Positions 1 through 7,273 of a stretch of DNA of 35,912 bases are shown piece by piece. The position numbers were made by a program, and so were the translations under genes. The notes beneath the pieces were generated by a model. The model did no database searches. It was not told where the DNA came from and saw only the letters and a list, made by a program, of their open reading frames with translations. The first letter of the stretch is position 1. Each line of letters starts with the position of its first letter. Source of the DNA: Bacillota bacterium. GTDB taxonomy: Bacteria; Bacillota; Dethiobacteria; DTU022. The DNA lies in contig JAAZIG010000012.1 of the NCBI GenBank assembly GCA_012510325.1, positions 1-35,912 of the forward strand, read 5' to 3'.

Positions 1-2
1 AA

Positions 3-479
3 GAGGCACCCCTTTCTCTCATCGGACAGTTTGGCTTCAACTCGGGCCGGGATCTGGACAAGTTTGCCGGCTTCAATTACGGAACCACGGCCCGGGGCCT
101 GCCTTACCTAAAGGACGATGTTTTGGCTTATCTGGAAGCCAGGCTCATTCAGGAAATCGACGTGAAAACACACTCCATTTTCATCGGAGAGGTCACCGCA
201 GCAGAGATTTTGAAAAAAGGCAACCCCCTGACCTACGCCTATTACCACCAGGCAAAAAAAGGCGCTACACCCCCGACCGCGCCCACCTATATTCAAGGAG
301 GACCAAACAGCAGTTACGGCGAGAGCTACCAATGCACGGTTTGCGGGTACCTCTACGACCCCGCTGAAGGAGACCCGGACAGCAACATCCCGCCTGGGAC
401 CCCCTTTAAAAAACTACCCGACGACTGGGTTTGCCCGCTGTGTAAAGCGGGAAAAGATGCTTTCAAAAAATTAGATTGA
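3..479 (+). CDS. Flavin reductase-like domain fused to a C-terminal rubredoxin (high-molecular-weight rubredoxin, Hrb-like); 5' end lies outside the window
   Basis: Frame 3 is open from base 3 ([21 protein letters not shown]...), so the TTG at 123 in the ORF track is probably not the true start. The last ~50 aa carry two rubredoxin Cys knuckles (CTVCGY ... [10 protein letters not shown]). The preceding part (IFIGEV..., YAYYH) resembles the flavin reductase/flavoredoxin fold. Confidence 0.8.
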   Translation, partial: EAPLSLIGQFGFNSGRDLDKFAGFNYGTTARGLPYLKDDVLAYLEARLIQEIDVKTHSIFIGEVTAAEILKKGNPLTYAYYHQAKKGATPPTAPTYIQGGPNSSYGESYQCTVCGYLYDPAEGDPDSNIPPGTPFKKLPDDWVCPLCKAGKDAFKKLD

Positions 480-586
480 GGAACTCCGGTAATGGCCGGG
501 GCTCCTTACGTCCCCCCGAAGAGCCCCCGGTGAAAACAGCTGCGGGATAGGCCCCCGGTTTGCCTCCCTCCTCCGACCGCCTCCTC

Positions 587-608
587 GGGGCCGGGTTAAT
601 CCGGCCCC
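587..608. terminator. GC-rich hairpin between convergent genes (weak terminator candidate)
   Basis: GGGGCCGG-gttaat-CCGGCCCC is a perfect 8-bp stem. There is no clear U-run on either strand. Confidence 0.35.
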
Positions 609-623
609 GGAAACACCGCTTCC

Positions 624-1421
624 CTATTCCAGATTGAGTCTTCTTTCCAAAATATAATTGGTCAACACAAAGTAAATGGCACCCAGAACGACAGCCGGCA
701 GCAGCACGTACCAGACTATCCCGAGGTTGATGGCCATGCCGTCGTTGATCACACCGGTGATTTCCTGCAGGGGTGCCCGGATGCGGGTCAGGAAGATAAA
801 CAGCAGGGTGGTTGAAGCAAAGCCGAGGGCGGCGTACCAGGCCAGGGACACCAGTATTTTATGGCGGGGAGAGATGTGTCCCAGAGCAACAGCCGCATAG
901 ATCATCAGGATACCGGAGGCCATGACCGCCAGGAGCGCTCCGGGAAAAACAAAAAAGCCGGTGACTCCGAAGGCGCTCCCGAAGACGCTGACTGCCCTCT
1001 GCAACACCTCCCACATTCCGGCTCTGGCGGTAATGATCATGATGGAGGAGGCGGTGACAAGACCGCTGGCAGTTATCCATACTGCTGCTGCGATAAGCTT
1101 GCTGACGATATGCTGCCGCGGGTGAACCGGCAGGGTAAACATGAGGTAACCCTCATCGCCCAACAGGCTTTTGTAAAAACGCTGAAGCAAGATCAGCAGG
1201 GTCATGACCTGGATGCCAACAACGAGGACAAAATAGAGCAGTCTGGCCAGGAAACCAAACATCTCCAGAACACCGAAACCGAAAACCTGCGCATCAATAG
1301 CGACAAGCTGCTCAAAATCAATGAATCTGTTGACCAGAGCAAAGACAAGGAGAACAAGATAAAAAGGTAAAAACAGCCGGGCGGTCGCTTTGAATTCGTA
1401 TTTCAATAGTTTTGTCAGCAT
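624..1421 (-). CDS. Polytopic membrane protein, probable permease partner of the adjacent ABC ATPase
   Basis: The 265-aa product is strongly hydrophobic with about 6 predicted TM helices. Its start overlaps the stop of the upstream ATPase gene by 7 nt (1415..1421), which is typical of GntR-ABC-permease operons. Confidence 0.6.
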   Translation of the reverse strand: MLTKLLKYEFKATARLFLPFYLVLLVFALVNRFIDFEQLVAIDAQVFGFGVLEMFGFLARLLYFVLVVGIQVMTLLILLQRFYKSLLGDEGYLMFTLPVHPRQHIVSKLIAAAVWITASGLVTASSIMIITARAGMWEVLQRAVSVFGSAFGVTGFFVFPGALLAVMASGILMIYAAVALGHISPRHKILVSLAWYAALGFASTTLLFIFLTRIRAPLQEITGVINDGMAINLGIVWYVLLPAVVLGAIYFVLTNYILERRLNLE

Positions 1422-2116
1422 CTGAATACCTCCCTGAACAGTGAGTCCACCGATTTCCCGCTTTCTTCACGAATCTGCTCAACCGATCGGTGGAACACCA
1501 CCCGACCTTCCTTGAGAAAAACAACCTGTTCCAGGATCTTTTCAATATCGGCAATGAGGTGCGTTGAAAGAATGATGGTTGTAGCAGGATCGTAGTTCTC
1601 CAGGATGATGTCGAGGATGTAATCGCGGGCCGCGGGATCGACGCCGCCGATAGGTTCATCGAGCAGATAGAGCTGCGCTTCGCGGCTCATAACCAGGATT
1701 AGCTGCACCTTTTCCCTGGTCCCCCTGGACATGGTTTTGAGGCGATCTTTGGGGTTAATATTAAGTTTTTCCAGCATGCTGTAAGCCTTCCCGCTATTGA
1801 AATCAGTATAGAAGTCCCCAAAAAACCCGATAATTTCGGAGACCTTCATCCAGTCATTCAGATAGGTCTTTTCCGGCAGATACGAAACCAGTTTTTTGCT
1901 CTCGTTCCCCGGCTTATGGCCGGCGATGAGCACCTCTCCGGCGGTGGGGGTGAGCAGCTTGTTGCAGAGCTTGAGAAACGTGGTCTTGCCACTGGCGTTG
2001 GGGCCGAGCAATCCGACAATATTGCCCCGCGGTATACTCAAGGTGACCTCGTTTACTGCGGCGATCCTGCCGAAAGTTTTCGTCAGGTTCCTGCATTCCA
2101 GAATGGTATCGCTCAT
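1415..2116 (-). CDS. ABC transporter ATP-binding protein
   Basis: Walker A GPNASGKTT, signature-like MSRGTREKV and Walker B LYLLDEP are present. The gene overlaps both neighbours, consistent with translational coupling. Confidence 0.9.
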   Translation of the reverse strand: MSDTILECRNLTKTFGRIAAVNEVTLSIPRGNIVGLLGPNASGKTTFLKLCNKLLTPTAGEVLIAGHKPGNESKKLVSYLPEKTYLNDWMKVSEIIGFFGDFYTDFNSGKAYSMLEKLNINPKDRLKTMSRGTREKVQLILVMSREAQLYLLDEPIGGVDPAARDYILDIILENYDPATTIILSTHLIADIEKILEQVVFLKEGRVVFHRSVEQIREESGKSVDSLFREVFRC

Positions 2117-2484
2117 TTTTCACTCTCCTTCATGATCATTGATAGCGCAGCCATGATCTCTTCATGATCGAATCCCAGCCGCAGCATCTTCGCCAGGAAA
2201 GCCCGCGCATGCTCCCGCACCAGCCTGTGCTTGACCCGCTTCACCAGCTCCCGGTCCTCCGTGACAAACCGGCCGCTGGTGCGCTGCGTGTAAAGCAAAC
2301 CGCTTTCCTCCAGCCCTGCAAGGGCCCGTTGCATGGTATTGGGGTTGACTGAGACCTCCCGGGCCAGTTCCCGCACCGACGGCAACCTTGAACCGGGCGG
2401 GTAGACCCCGGCACAGATCTTTAGCTCAATCTGCTCGATCAATTGAGCGTAGAGCGGACGATCCGCATTTAATTCCCAGGACAT
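2113..2484 (-). CDS. GntR-family transcriptional regulator, YtrA-like short subfamily
   Basis: 123 aa with the winged-HTH motif LPSVRELAREVSVNPNTMQRAL and only a short C-terminal extension. It is the first gene of the operon with the ABC ATPase and permease. Confidence 0.85.
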   Translation of the reverse strand: MSWELNADRPLYAQLIEQIELKICAGVYPPGSRLPSVRELAREVSVNPNTMQRALAGLEESGLLYTQRTSGRFVTEDRELVKRVKHRLVREHARAFLAKMLRLGFDHEEIMAALSMIMKESEK

Positions 2485-2497
2485 GGCATCACCCCCA

Positions 2498-2535
2498 TTG
2501 TATTATTGTATTAGTCATCTAATACAATAATACAA
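2498..2535. promoter_or_regulatory. Probable GntR/YtrA operator overlapping the operon promoter
   Basis: Perfect 16-bp inverted repeat TTGTATTATTGTATTA-GTCATC-TAATACAATAATACAA. Each arm is itself a tandem of TTGTATTA. It lies 14 to 51 nt upstream of the gntR start and contains -35/-10-like hexamers (TTGTAT, TAATAC/TACAAT) on the minus strand. Confidence 0.6.
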
Positions 2536-2593
2536 CATGCCCGGACCCTTGTCAACAGAGAATATCGCAAATATAAAACAGGAACCTGCTGGT

Positions 2594-3005
2594 TTTAGAG
2601 AACCTGTTGACGGAGATGAAGATCTGCTGACGGCACTGCGCAACATCCATCAGAACACTGTGAAATTCGGGATCCACCTGATTGTGCAAGTTACCCCTGG
2701 AGCAGCTACCATTGCCCGGGGAAAAGCAGACAGCGGCTTGATCGATACGGCGTTGGCTCTGGATCATCGGCGGCAAAGCTAGTTTGCCCAATTTCATTTG
2801 ATAATGAGCGGCGCCGCTCTTCCGGACATCGAAGATATAACCGGGGCAGCTGACCTGCCGGCCGCACAGTTGGTAAAACAGGTTCCGGCAGGCAGGTCAA
2901 CGACCGAATTGCTCAATGCCTGCTCCCTGTAGAAATGAGATCCTCCGGGAACTGAAAGCCTGGCCGGGCGTCAGTCAGCGGCAGATTGAGCAAAATGTGG
3001 GATAA
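2594..3005 (+). pseudogene. Degraded, 5'-truncated and frameshifted IS200/Y1 (HUH tyrosine) transposase-like gene (REP-associated transposase type with C-terminal HTH)
   Basis: Family motifs appear in three different + frames. These are FREPVDGDEDLLTALRNIHQNTVKFGI (frame of ORF 2537), YPWSSYH (shifted frame, around 2690) and EILRELKAWPGVSQRQIEQNVG (ends at TAA 3003..3005). The HUH N-terminal half is absent. Local GC is lower than in the flanks. Confidence 0.5.
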
Positions 3006-3012
3006 ACAAAAA

Positions 3013-3100
3013 GATGACTCAAAGAGCTTGCACCATCAGTGAGTCAAAGTCACCGTCCCCTTGACTCGACTCGTCCCCTTGACTCAGTCTCCCTGACTCA
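3013..3100. repeat. Array of five TGA(C/G)TCA-type heptamers, three embedded in a direct repeat GTC(C/T)CCYTGACTC
   Basis: TGACTCA at 3015..3021 and TGAGTCA at 3040..3046. GTCCCCTTGACTC at 3055..3067 and 3073..3085 (18-bp period). GTCTCCCTGACTCA at 3087..3100. The array straddles the stop codon (3084..3086) of the fusion gene. Confidence 0.6.
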
Positions 3101-5807
3101 TGATTCGGGTTTGGCTAATCGCTTCTGCCCTGCGGGCGGCGAGCAGCTGCCGCCAGCGGGGCTCGCCGAGGGGCTGATCGAAGCTGCGCAGAGCGGCGGT
3201 CCTGAAACCGTGGCGGTGGGCCCACTCTCTCGTGAGCAAGATCGATTCCAGGGTGATCCCCGAGGAACCCAGACTAAAATGTTCGTAGCGGTGCTCCAGC
3301 GCCAGCATCACCGTTTCCGCCATGCAGGCGTAGGCCTGCCCCCGGGGAAAACCGAAGCTCCAGCCCAGATTGGGACATCCGGGCAGCTCGACCACACCGC
3401 CGTCGATGACCAGCACATCGGGGCGGAGTTCCTCCACCTCGGCGCTGACATTGGGCGGCCGTGAAATATCGCAGACCACCGCGCCCGGCAGCAGGTCAGC
3501 CGGCCGGATCAGCTTTTCATCACTGCTGGTGGCGCTGATGACGATGCCGCACGAGGAAAGCGCCTCTTGGGCTGAAGTGGTCAGCCGGAGCGGGCCATCG
3601 CGCCGGGAGGCGGAAAGGGCGTAGTCGATAAATGCATCAACCGGGGCCTCCGGGGGCGGCAGCAACTTGCAGCGCGCCAGCTGAGCACCGATGCTGCCGT
3701 CGGGCATCTGCCGACCCGTCTGCAACAGCCCGGCAAGATAGCGATAGATCTCTGCGGCAACCCGCAGCAGCCGCCGGCTGCCGGGAGCGCTGTTTTTACT
3801 GCGCGGATTGCCCACCAGGACCAAACCGCCCACCGTTTCGGAAAGCAACAGAGCCATCCCCTTGCCGATGGAACCGGCCGCCCCGATGATCGCCGCAGTG
3901 TGCTGACAGGGTGATATATCGAGCTTTCTGCAGGCGGTCTGCACCGCTTCGGCCGCCGAAACAACCGTGTAACTGTTGCCCGTGGTCAGGGGAATCCCTT
4001 CATCTTTTAAGTAGAGCCCCCCCATGGAGACAACGGCGGTATAGGCGCCCAGACCGACGATGCCGGCTCCGCCCTCCCGGGCCAGATCCAGCGCTTCCCG
4101 CAGCTCCTGCAGCGCCTCCGCCCGGGGCATCTGCGCCAGCTCCCCGGCGGTGCGCGGCAGAACAATAAATTCGCCGGCAGCGTGACTGCCGTTCCTCGAC
4201 TCCACGTTCACCCGCGAAATCACATACGGCCGCACCAGACTGCTCCATTTTTTTGTCAGGACGGCCAGCTCCGCTTCGCTAAACGAGAGCAGGCTCTGAT
4301 CAAACTGGGAGAAGCTGTTCAGATCAAGCGGATGGACCAGAAAAGCAAAACGCCCGGCAGCAGGCAGGTCATCCGCCTCGCCTGCGGCGGCGCCCCCGTG
4401 ATCCCCCTTTTTTTCGTGGGCTGGTGCCCCCGGGCTGTGCCGACCGTTGGAAGGCGCAGCAGAGGCAACGGCCGACCCCTTTTTGCCGAGCTGCTCCCCG
4501 GAAACTAAAAATGAAAAGAAATTGGCCGTATCGGCTTTATCCAGCTCCGCCAGCATGGCGGCGACGCCTGCCAGCACCCGGCGGCACTGCGCCCCGGAAA
4601 TGATCAGCGGCGGCTCGATGCGGATGACGCTGCCGCCGTTCAGCGTCGGGGCAACCCGGATCCCCTCCCGGTTGAGCAGATAGGCGGAGACCGCCGGAGC
4701 CAGCAGCTCCTGCTCGGCCACAACTTTGAGCAGGGTGCCGGCGAAATGAGACCCGCCGGTGCTGAGCTCCAGACCGAGCATCAGTCCCTTCCCCCGAACG
4801 GCGCGAATAATATGGGGGTATTTCCTTTGCAGAACGCCCAGCCCCTCCTTCAGGATGAGCCCCTGTTTCCTGACGGAATGCAGCAGAGCGCCTTCGTCCG
4901 CGGTCAGCTCCGCCAGCACCTGCAGAGCCACCCGGCAGGCCAGGGAATTGCCGGCAAAGGTTGATGAATGTTTCAAGGCATAAGCAGCGCTGTACGCCGC
5001 AGCGGTGCTCAGACAGGCACCGATGGGGACAAGGCCGCCGCCCAGGGCTTTGGCCAGCAGCAGCACGTCCGGAGTGATCCCCTCCTCTTCACAGGCAAAA
5101 AGCAGCCCGGTTCGCCCCAGGCCGGTCTGGATCTCATCTACCACCAGGAGGACCCCATATCTAGAGCAGATCTTCTTGACCCCGGCAAGATATCCCGGCG
5201 GTGGGACGACGATCCCCCCCTCACCCTGGATCGGTTCGATGAGGAAAGCGGCATAGTCCCGGGGTTTTTGGGAGAGATGCTGTTCCAGAGCGGCGAGATC
5301 ACCATATCCGACAAAATCGAATCCCTCCAGCGGAGCGCCAAAAGGCGTCTGGTAATCGGGATTTCCGGTGGCGGAAAGGGCTCCCAGAGTTTTGCCGTGA
5401 AAGCTGTTCGTCGCCGCCAGGATGCCGCGGCGCCCCGTGGCGGAACGGCAGAGCTTCAGCGCCGCCTCGACCGTTTCGGCACCGCTGTTGGTAAAGGTGA
5501 CGTAGCGCAAACCGGAAGGCGCCAGCTCCACCAGCCGCTGCGCCAGCAAACCGGCTGCATCGAGGTACGAAGGCTGCACAAAATTGGGCTCCTTGGCACT
5601 GTGCAAATCAGCCACCGCCTCCCAGATAGGCGCCGGGTTGTGACCGAAAGGCAGAGCGCCGTACGCGGCGATACAGTCGAGATAGCGCTTCCCGGTGTTG
5701 TCGTAAAGGTGGCAACCCTCCCCCCGGGTAAAAGTTTTGTCCAGGGCAATATTGTGGAGCAGTTCGCCCAGGTACGGATTGAGGTATTCGGCAAATGGAT
5801 GCATCAT
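3084..5807 (-). CDS. Fusion protein: N-terminal class-III (omega) PLP aminotransferase, low-complexity linker, C-terminal acyl-ACP reductase (AAR)-like NAD(P)-dependent domain
   Basis: The N-terminal half has class-III motifs (YLDCIAAYGALPFGHNP, DEIQTGLGRTG, PLP-Lys context LLLAKALGGG). A Gly/Ala/Pro-rich linker lies at about 4354..4490. The C-terminal half parallels cyanobacterial AAR block by block: FAFLVHPLD, GLGAYTAVV, TTGNSYTV, Rossmann IIGAAGSIGKG and catalytic-Cys context YACMAET. Start is set at ATG 5807 (RBS GGTGGGGGGAAG). The track start at 5885 is the TTG of a -35 box. Confidence 0.8.
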   Translation of the reverse strand: MMHPFAEYLNPYLGELLHNIALDKTFTRGEGCHLYDNTGKRYLDCIAAYGALPFGHNPAPIWEAVADLHSAKEPNFVQPSYLDAAGLLAQRLVELAPSGLRYVTFTNSGAETVEAALKLCRSATGRRGILAATNSFHGKTLGALSATGNPDYQTPFGAPLEGFDFVGYGDLAALEQHLSQKPRDYAAFLIEPIQGEGGIVVPPPGYLAGVKKICSRYGVLLVVDEIQTGLGRTGLLFACEEEGITPDVLLLAKALGGGLVPIGACLSTAAAYSAAYALKHSSTFAGNSLACRVALQVLAELTADEGALLHSVRKQGLILKEGLGVLQRKYPHIIRAVRGKGLMLGLELSTGGSHFAGTLLKVVAEQELLAPAVSAYLLNREGIRVAPTLNGGSVIRIEPPLIISGAQCRRVLAGVAAMLAELDKADTANFFSFLVSGEQLGKKGSAVASAAPSNGRHSPGAPAHEKKGDHGGAAAGEADDLPAAGRFAFLVHPLDLNSFSQFDQSLLSFSEAELAVLTKKWSSLVRPYVISRVNVESRNGSHAAGEFIVLPRTAGELAQMPRAEALQELREALDLAREGGAGIVGLGAYTAVVSMGGLYLKDEGIPLTTGNSYTVVSAAEAVQTACRKLDISPCQHTAAIIGAAGSIGKGMALLLSETVGGLVLVGNPRSKNSAPGSRRLLRVAAEIYRYLAGLLQTGRQMPDGSIGAQLARCKLLPPPEAPVDAFIDYALSASRRDGPLRLTTSAQEALSSCGIVISATSSDEKLIRPADLLPGAVVCDISRPPNVSAEVEELRPDVLVIDGGVVELPGCPNLGWSFGFPRGQAYACMAETVMLALEHRYEHFSLGSSGITLESILLTREWAHRHGFRTAALRSFDQPLGEPRWRQLLAARRAEAISQTRIMSQGD

Positions 5808-5856
5808 CTTCCCCCCACCATGGTTGTGCTCATTTTTGTGCACATATTCTTTTCCT

Positions 5857-5885
5857 ATTTTATCCGACTTTTCCGCAGGTGGCAA
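5857..5885 (-). promoter_or_regulatory. Sigma-A-type promoter for the aminotransferase-AAR fusion gene
   Basis: On the minus strand: TTGCCA, a 17-nt spacer, then TAAAAT. It sits immediately downstream of the terminator of the preceding operon and about 50 nt upstream of ATG 5807. Confidence 0.55.
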
Positions 5886-5890
5886 GGGGC

Positions 5891-5925
5891 AAAAAAATTA
5901 AGCCCTCCCCTGGGAGGGGGAGGGC
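5891..5925 (-). terminator. Intrinsic terminator ending the GT4/membrane/M16 operon
   Basis: On the minus strand: GCCCTCCCC-ctccca-GGGGAGGGC (9-bp GC stem) followed by TTAATTTTTTT. Confidence 0.7.
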
Positions 5926-5956
5926 GGGTAGTCGGCAAAACAACCGTCGGCGCGGC

Positions 5957-7273
5957 TCATTCTTCCTGGGCTGCCGGGTGGATGATGGAAACGGCATGCC
6001 TTGCGGGGTTGAGGATCTCTTCAAGAAGCGCCTCGATCTCAGCCAGGCCGATCTGCTGCAGCACCGCCGGGTAGTTGAACAGGTCGGTGCCGCGGAAACG
6101 GTAGGCCAGGTAATTGTGGGCGACAAATTCCAGCGAATTGAAGCGGCGCATGAATCTGCCGAGGCGATCGCGCCGGTGCCGCTCGAATGCTTCACTGCTC
6201 AGACCGTTCTGCTTGGCCCCCTCAACAGCGCTCATGATCCGCTCGTAGAGCCGCTCCGGATCCCTGGTCGTTCCGCCGATCAGGGCGTATCCATAACTTA
6301 ACTCGGCGGTGTAACCGGCATCAAAGCGATCATCGATGAGCGCATCTTCGTAGAGCTCATTGAACAGAGGCTCACTGGGCCCAAATATGATATCGAGCAG
6401 GATCTCCGCGGCGCTCTCGCGGCGCAGCAGGGCATCTCCGTTGAACCCGGTGACCGCCGGATCTTTGAAGCCCAGATTGAAGAGCGGCTCTGAAACAACC
6501 ATTTCACGAGAAATTCGCGGCCGCGTCACCGCTTCCGGTTCCTCGGGATAAAGGCGGATGATCTCCCCGGACTCTTGGTAGTTGCGCCGGGCGAGATTCG
6601 CTTCCACCTGCCGCCAGATCTCATCGGGATCGAGATCGCCCACCACAAAAAGAGCCATATTGCCGGGGTGGTAGAAGCGGCGGTAACACCGGTACAGCAG
6701 ATCCGGAGTGATCCGGGAGATGCTTTCGACAGTACCCGCGATATCCTCGCGCACCGGGTGGTTTCGGTAAAGCGACTGCAGCAGATCGAAAAAGACCCGC
6801 CAGCCGGGATTATCTTCGTACATGCGGATCTCCTGCGCAATGATCCCCTGCTCCTTGCTCACCGAATCGTCGGTGAAATAGGGCTCCTGAACAAAATCGA
6901 GCAGCAGCTCCAGGCATTCGGAAAAGTGATCCGTTGTCGAGAAAAGATAGGTGGTGTGCGTAAAGGTGGTAAAGGCATTGGACGAAGCCCCGTACGCGGC
7001 AAAGCGGTCGAAAACGTTGCCCCGTTCATCCTCGAACAGTTTGTGCTCCAAAAAATGAGCGACCCCTTCGGGAAGCTTGACCGTCTCGCCGCTGCCGTCA
7101 ACCTGAAAATGGTTGTCGATGGAGCCAAAGTTGGTCGAAAAAGCAGCATACTTGTTCTCATATCCGGCTTTCGGCAGAACATAGAGCTGCAGCCCCGGAT
7201 CGATCCGGTAGCTATACAGAGTTTCCTGCAGCTCGGCAAATTCGCGTATCTTTTTGCTGTTCTCAGCGGGCAT
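5957..7273 (-). CDS. M16-family zinc metallopeptidase, catalytic subunit (HxxEH present)
   Basis: Inverted zinc motif in GVAHFLEHKLFE, with an insulinase-like two-domain length. ATG 7273 has the RBS GAGGGGG 9 nt upstream. The alternative start at 7294 (track) lacks an RBS. Confidence 0.85.
   Translation of the reverse strand: MPAENSKKIREFAELQETLYSYRIDPGLQLYVLPKAGYENKYAAFSTNFGSIDNHFQVDGSGETVKLPEGVAHFLEHKLFEDERGNVFDRFAAYGASSNAFTTFTHTTYLFSTTDHFSECLELLLDFVQEPYFTDDSVSKEQGIIAQEIRMYEDNPGWRVFFDLLQSLYRNHPVREDIAGTVESISRITPDLLYRCYRRFYHPGNMALFVVGDLDPDEIWRQVEANLARRNYQESGEIIRLYPEEPEAVTRPRISREMVVSEPLFNLGFKDPAVTGFNGDALLRRESAAEILLDIIFGPSEPLFNELYEDALIDDRFDAGYTAELSYGYALIGGTTRDPERLYERIMSAVEGAKQNGLSSEAFERHRRDRLGRFMRRFNSLEFVAHNYLAYRFRGTDLFNYPAVLQQIGLAEIEALLEEILNPARHAVSIIHPAAQEE

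Noticed and set aside
5808-5885. N-terminal 26-codon extension of the fusion gene as given in the ORF track
   Set aside because: The TTG start is the first half of a TTGCCA -35 box with a 17-nt spacer to TAAAAT. ATG 5807 has a proper RBS and begins the conserved aminotransferase N-terminus.
4968-6074. 368-aa + strand ORF overlapping the aminotransferase-AAR gene and the terminator/promoter region
   Set aside because: It is antisense to a gene with clear family motifs. Its product is Arg/Gly/Pro-rich and low-complexity, typical of shadow ORFs in high-GC DNA, and it runs across an intrinsic terminator.
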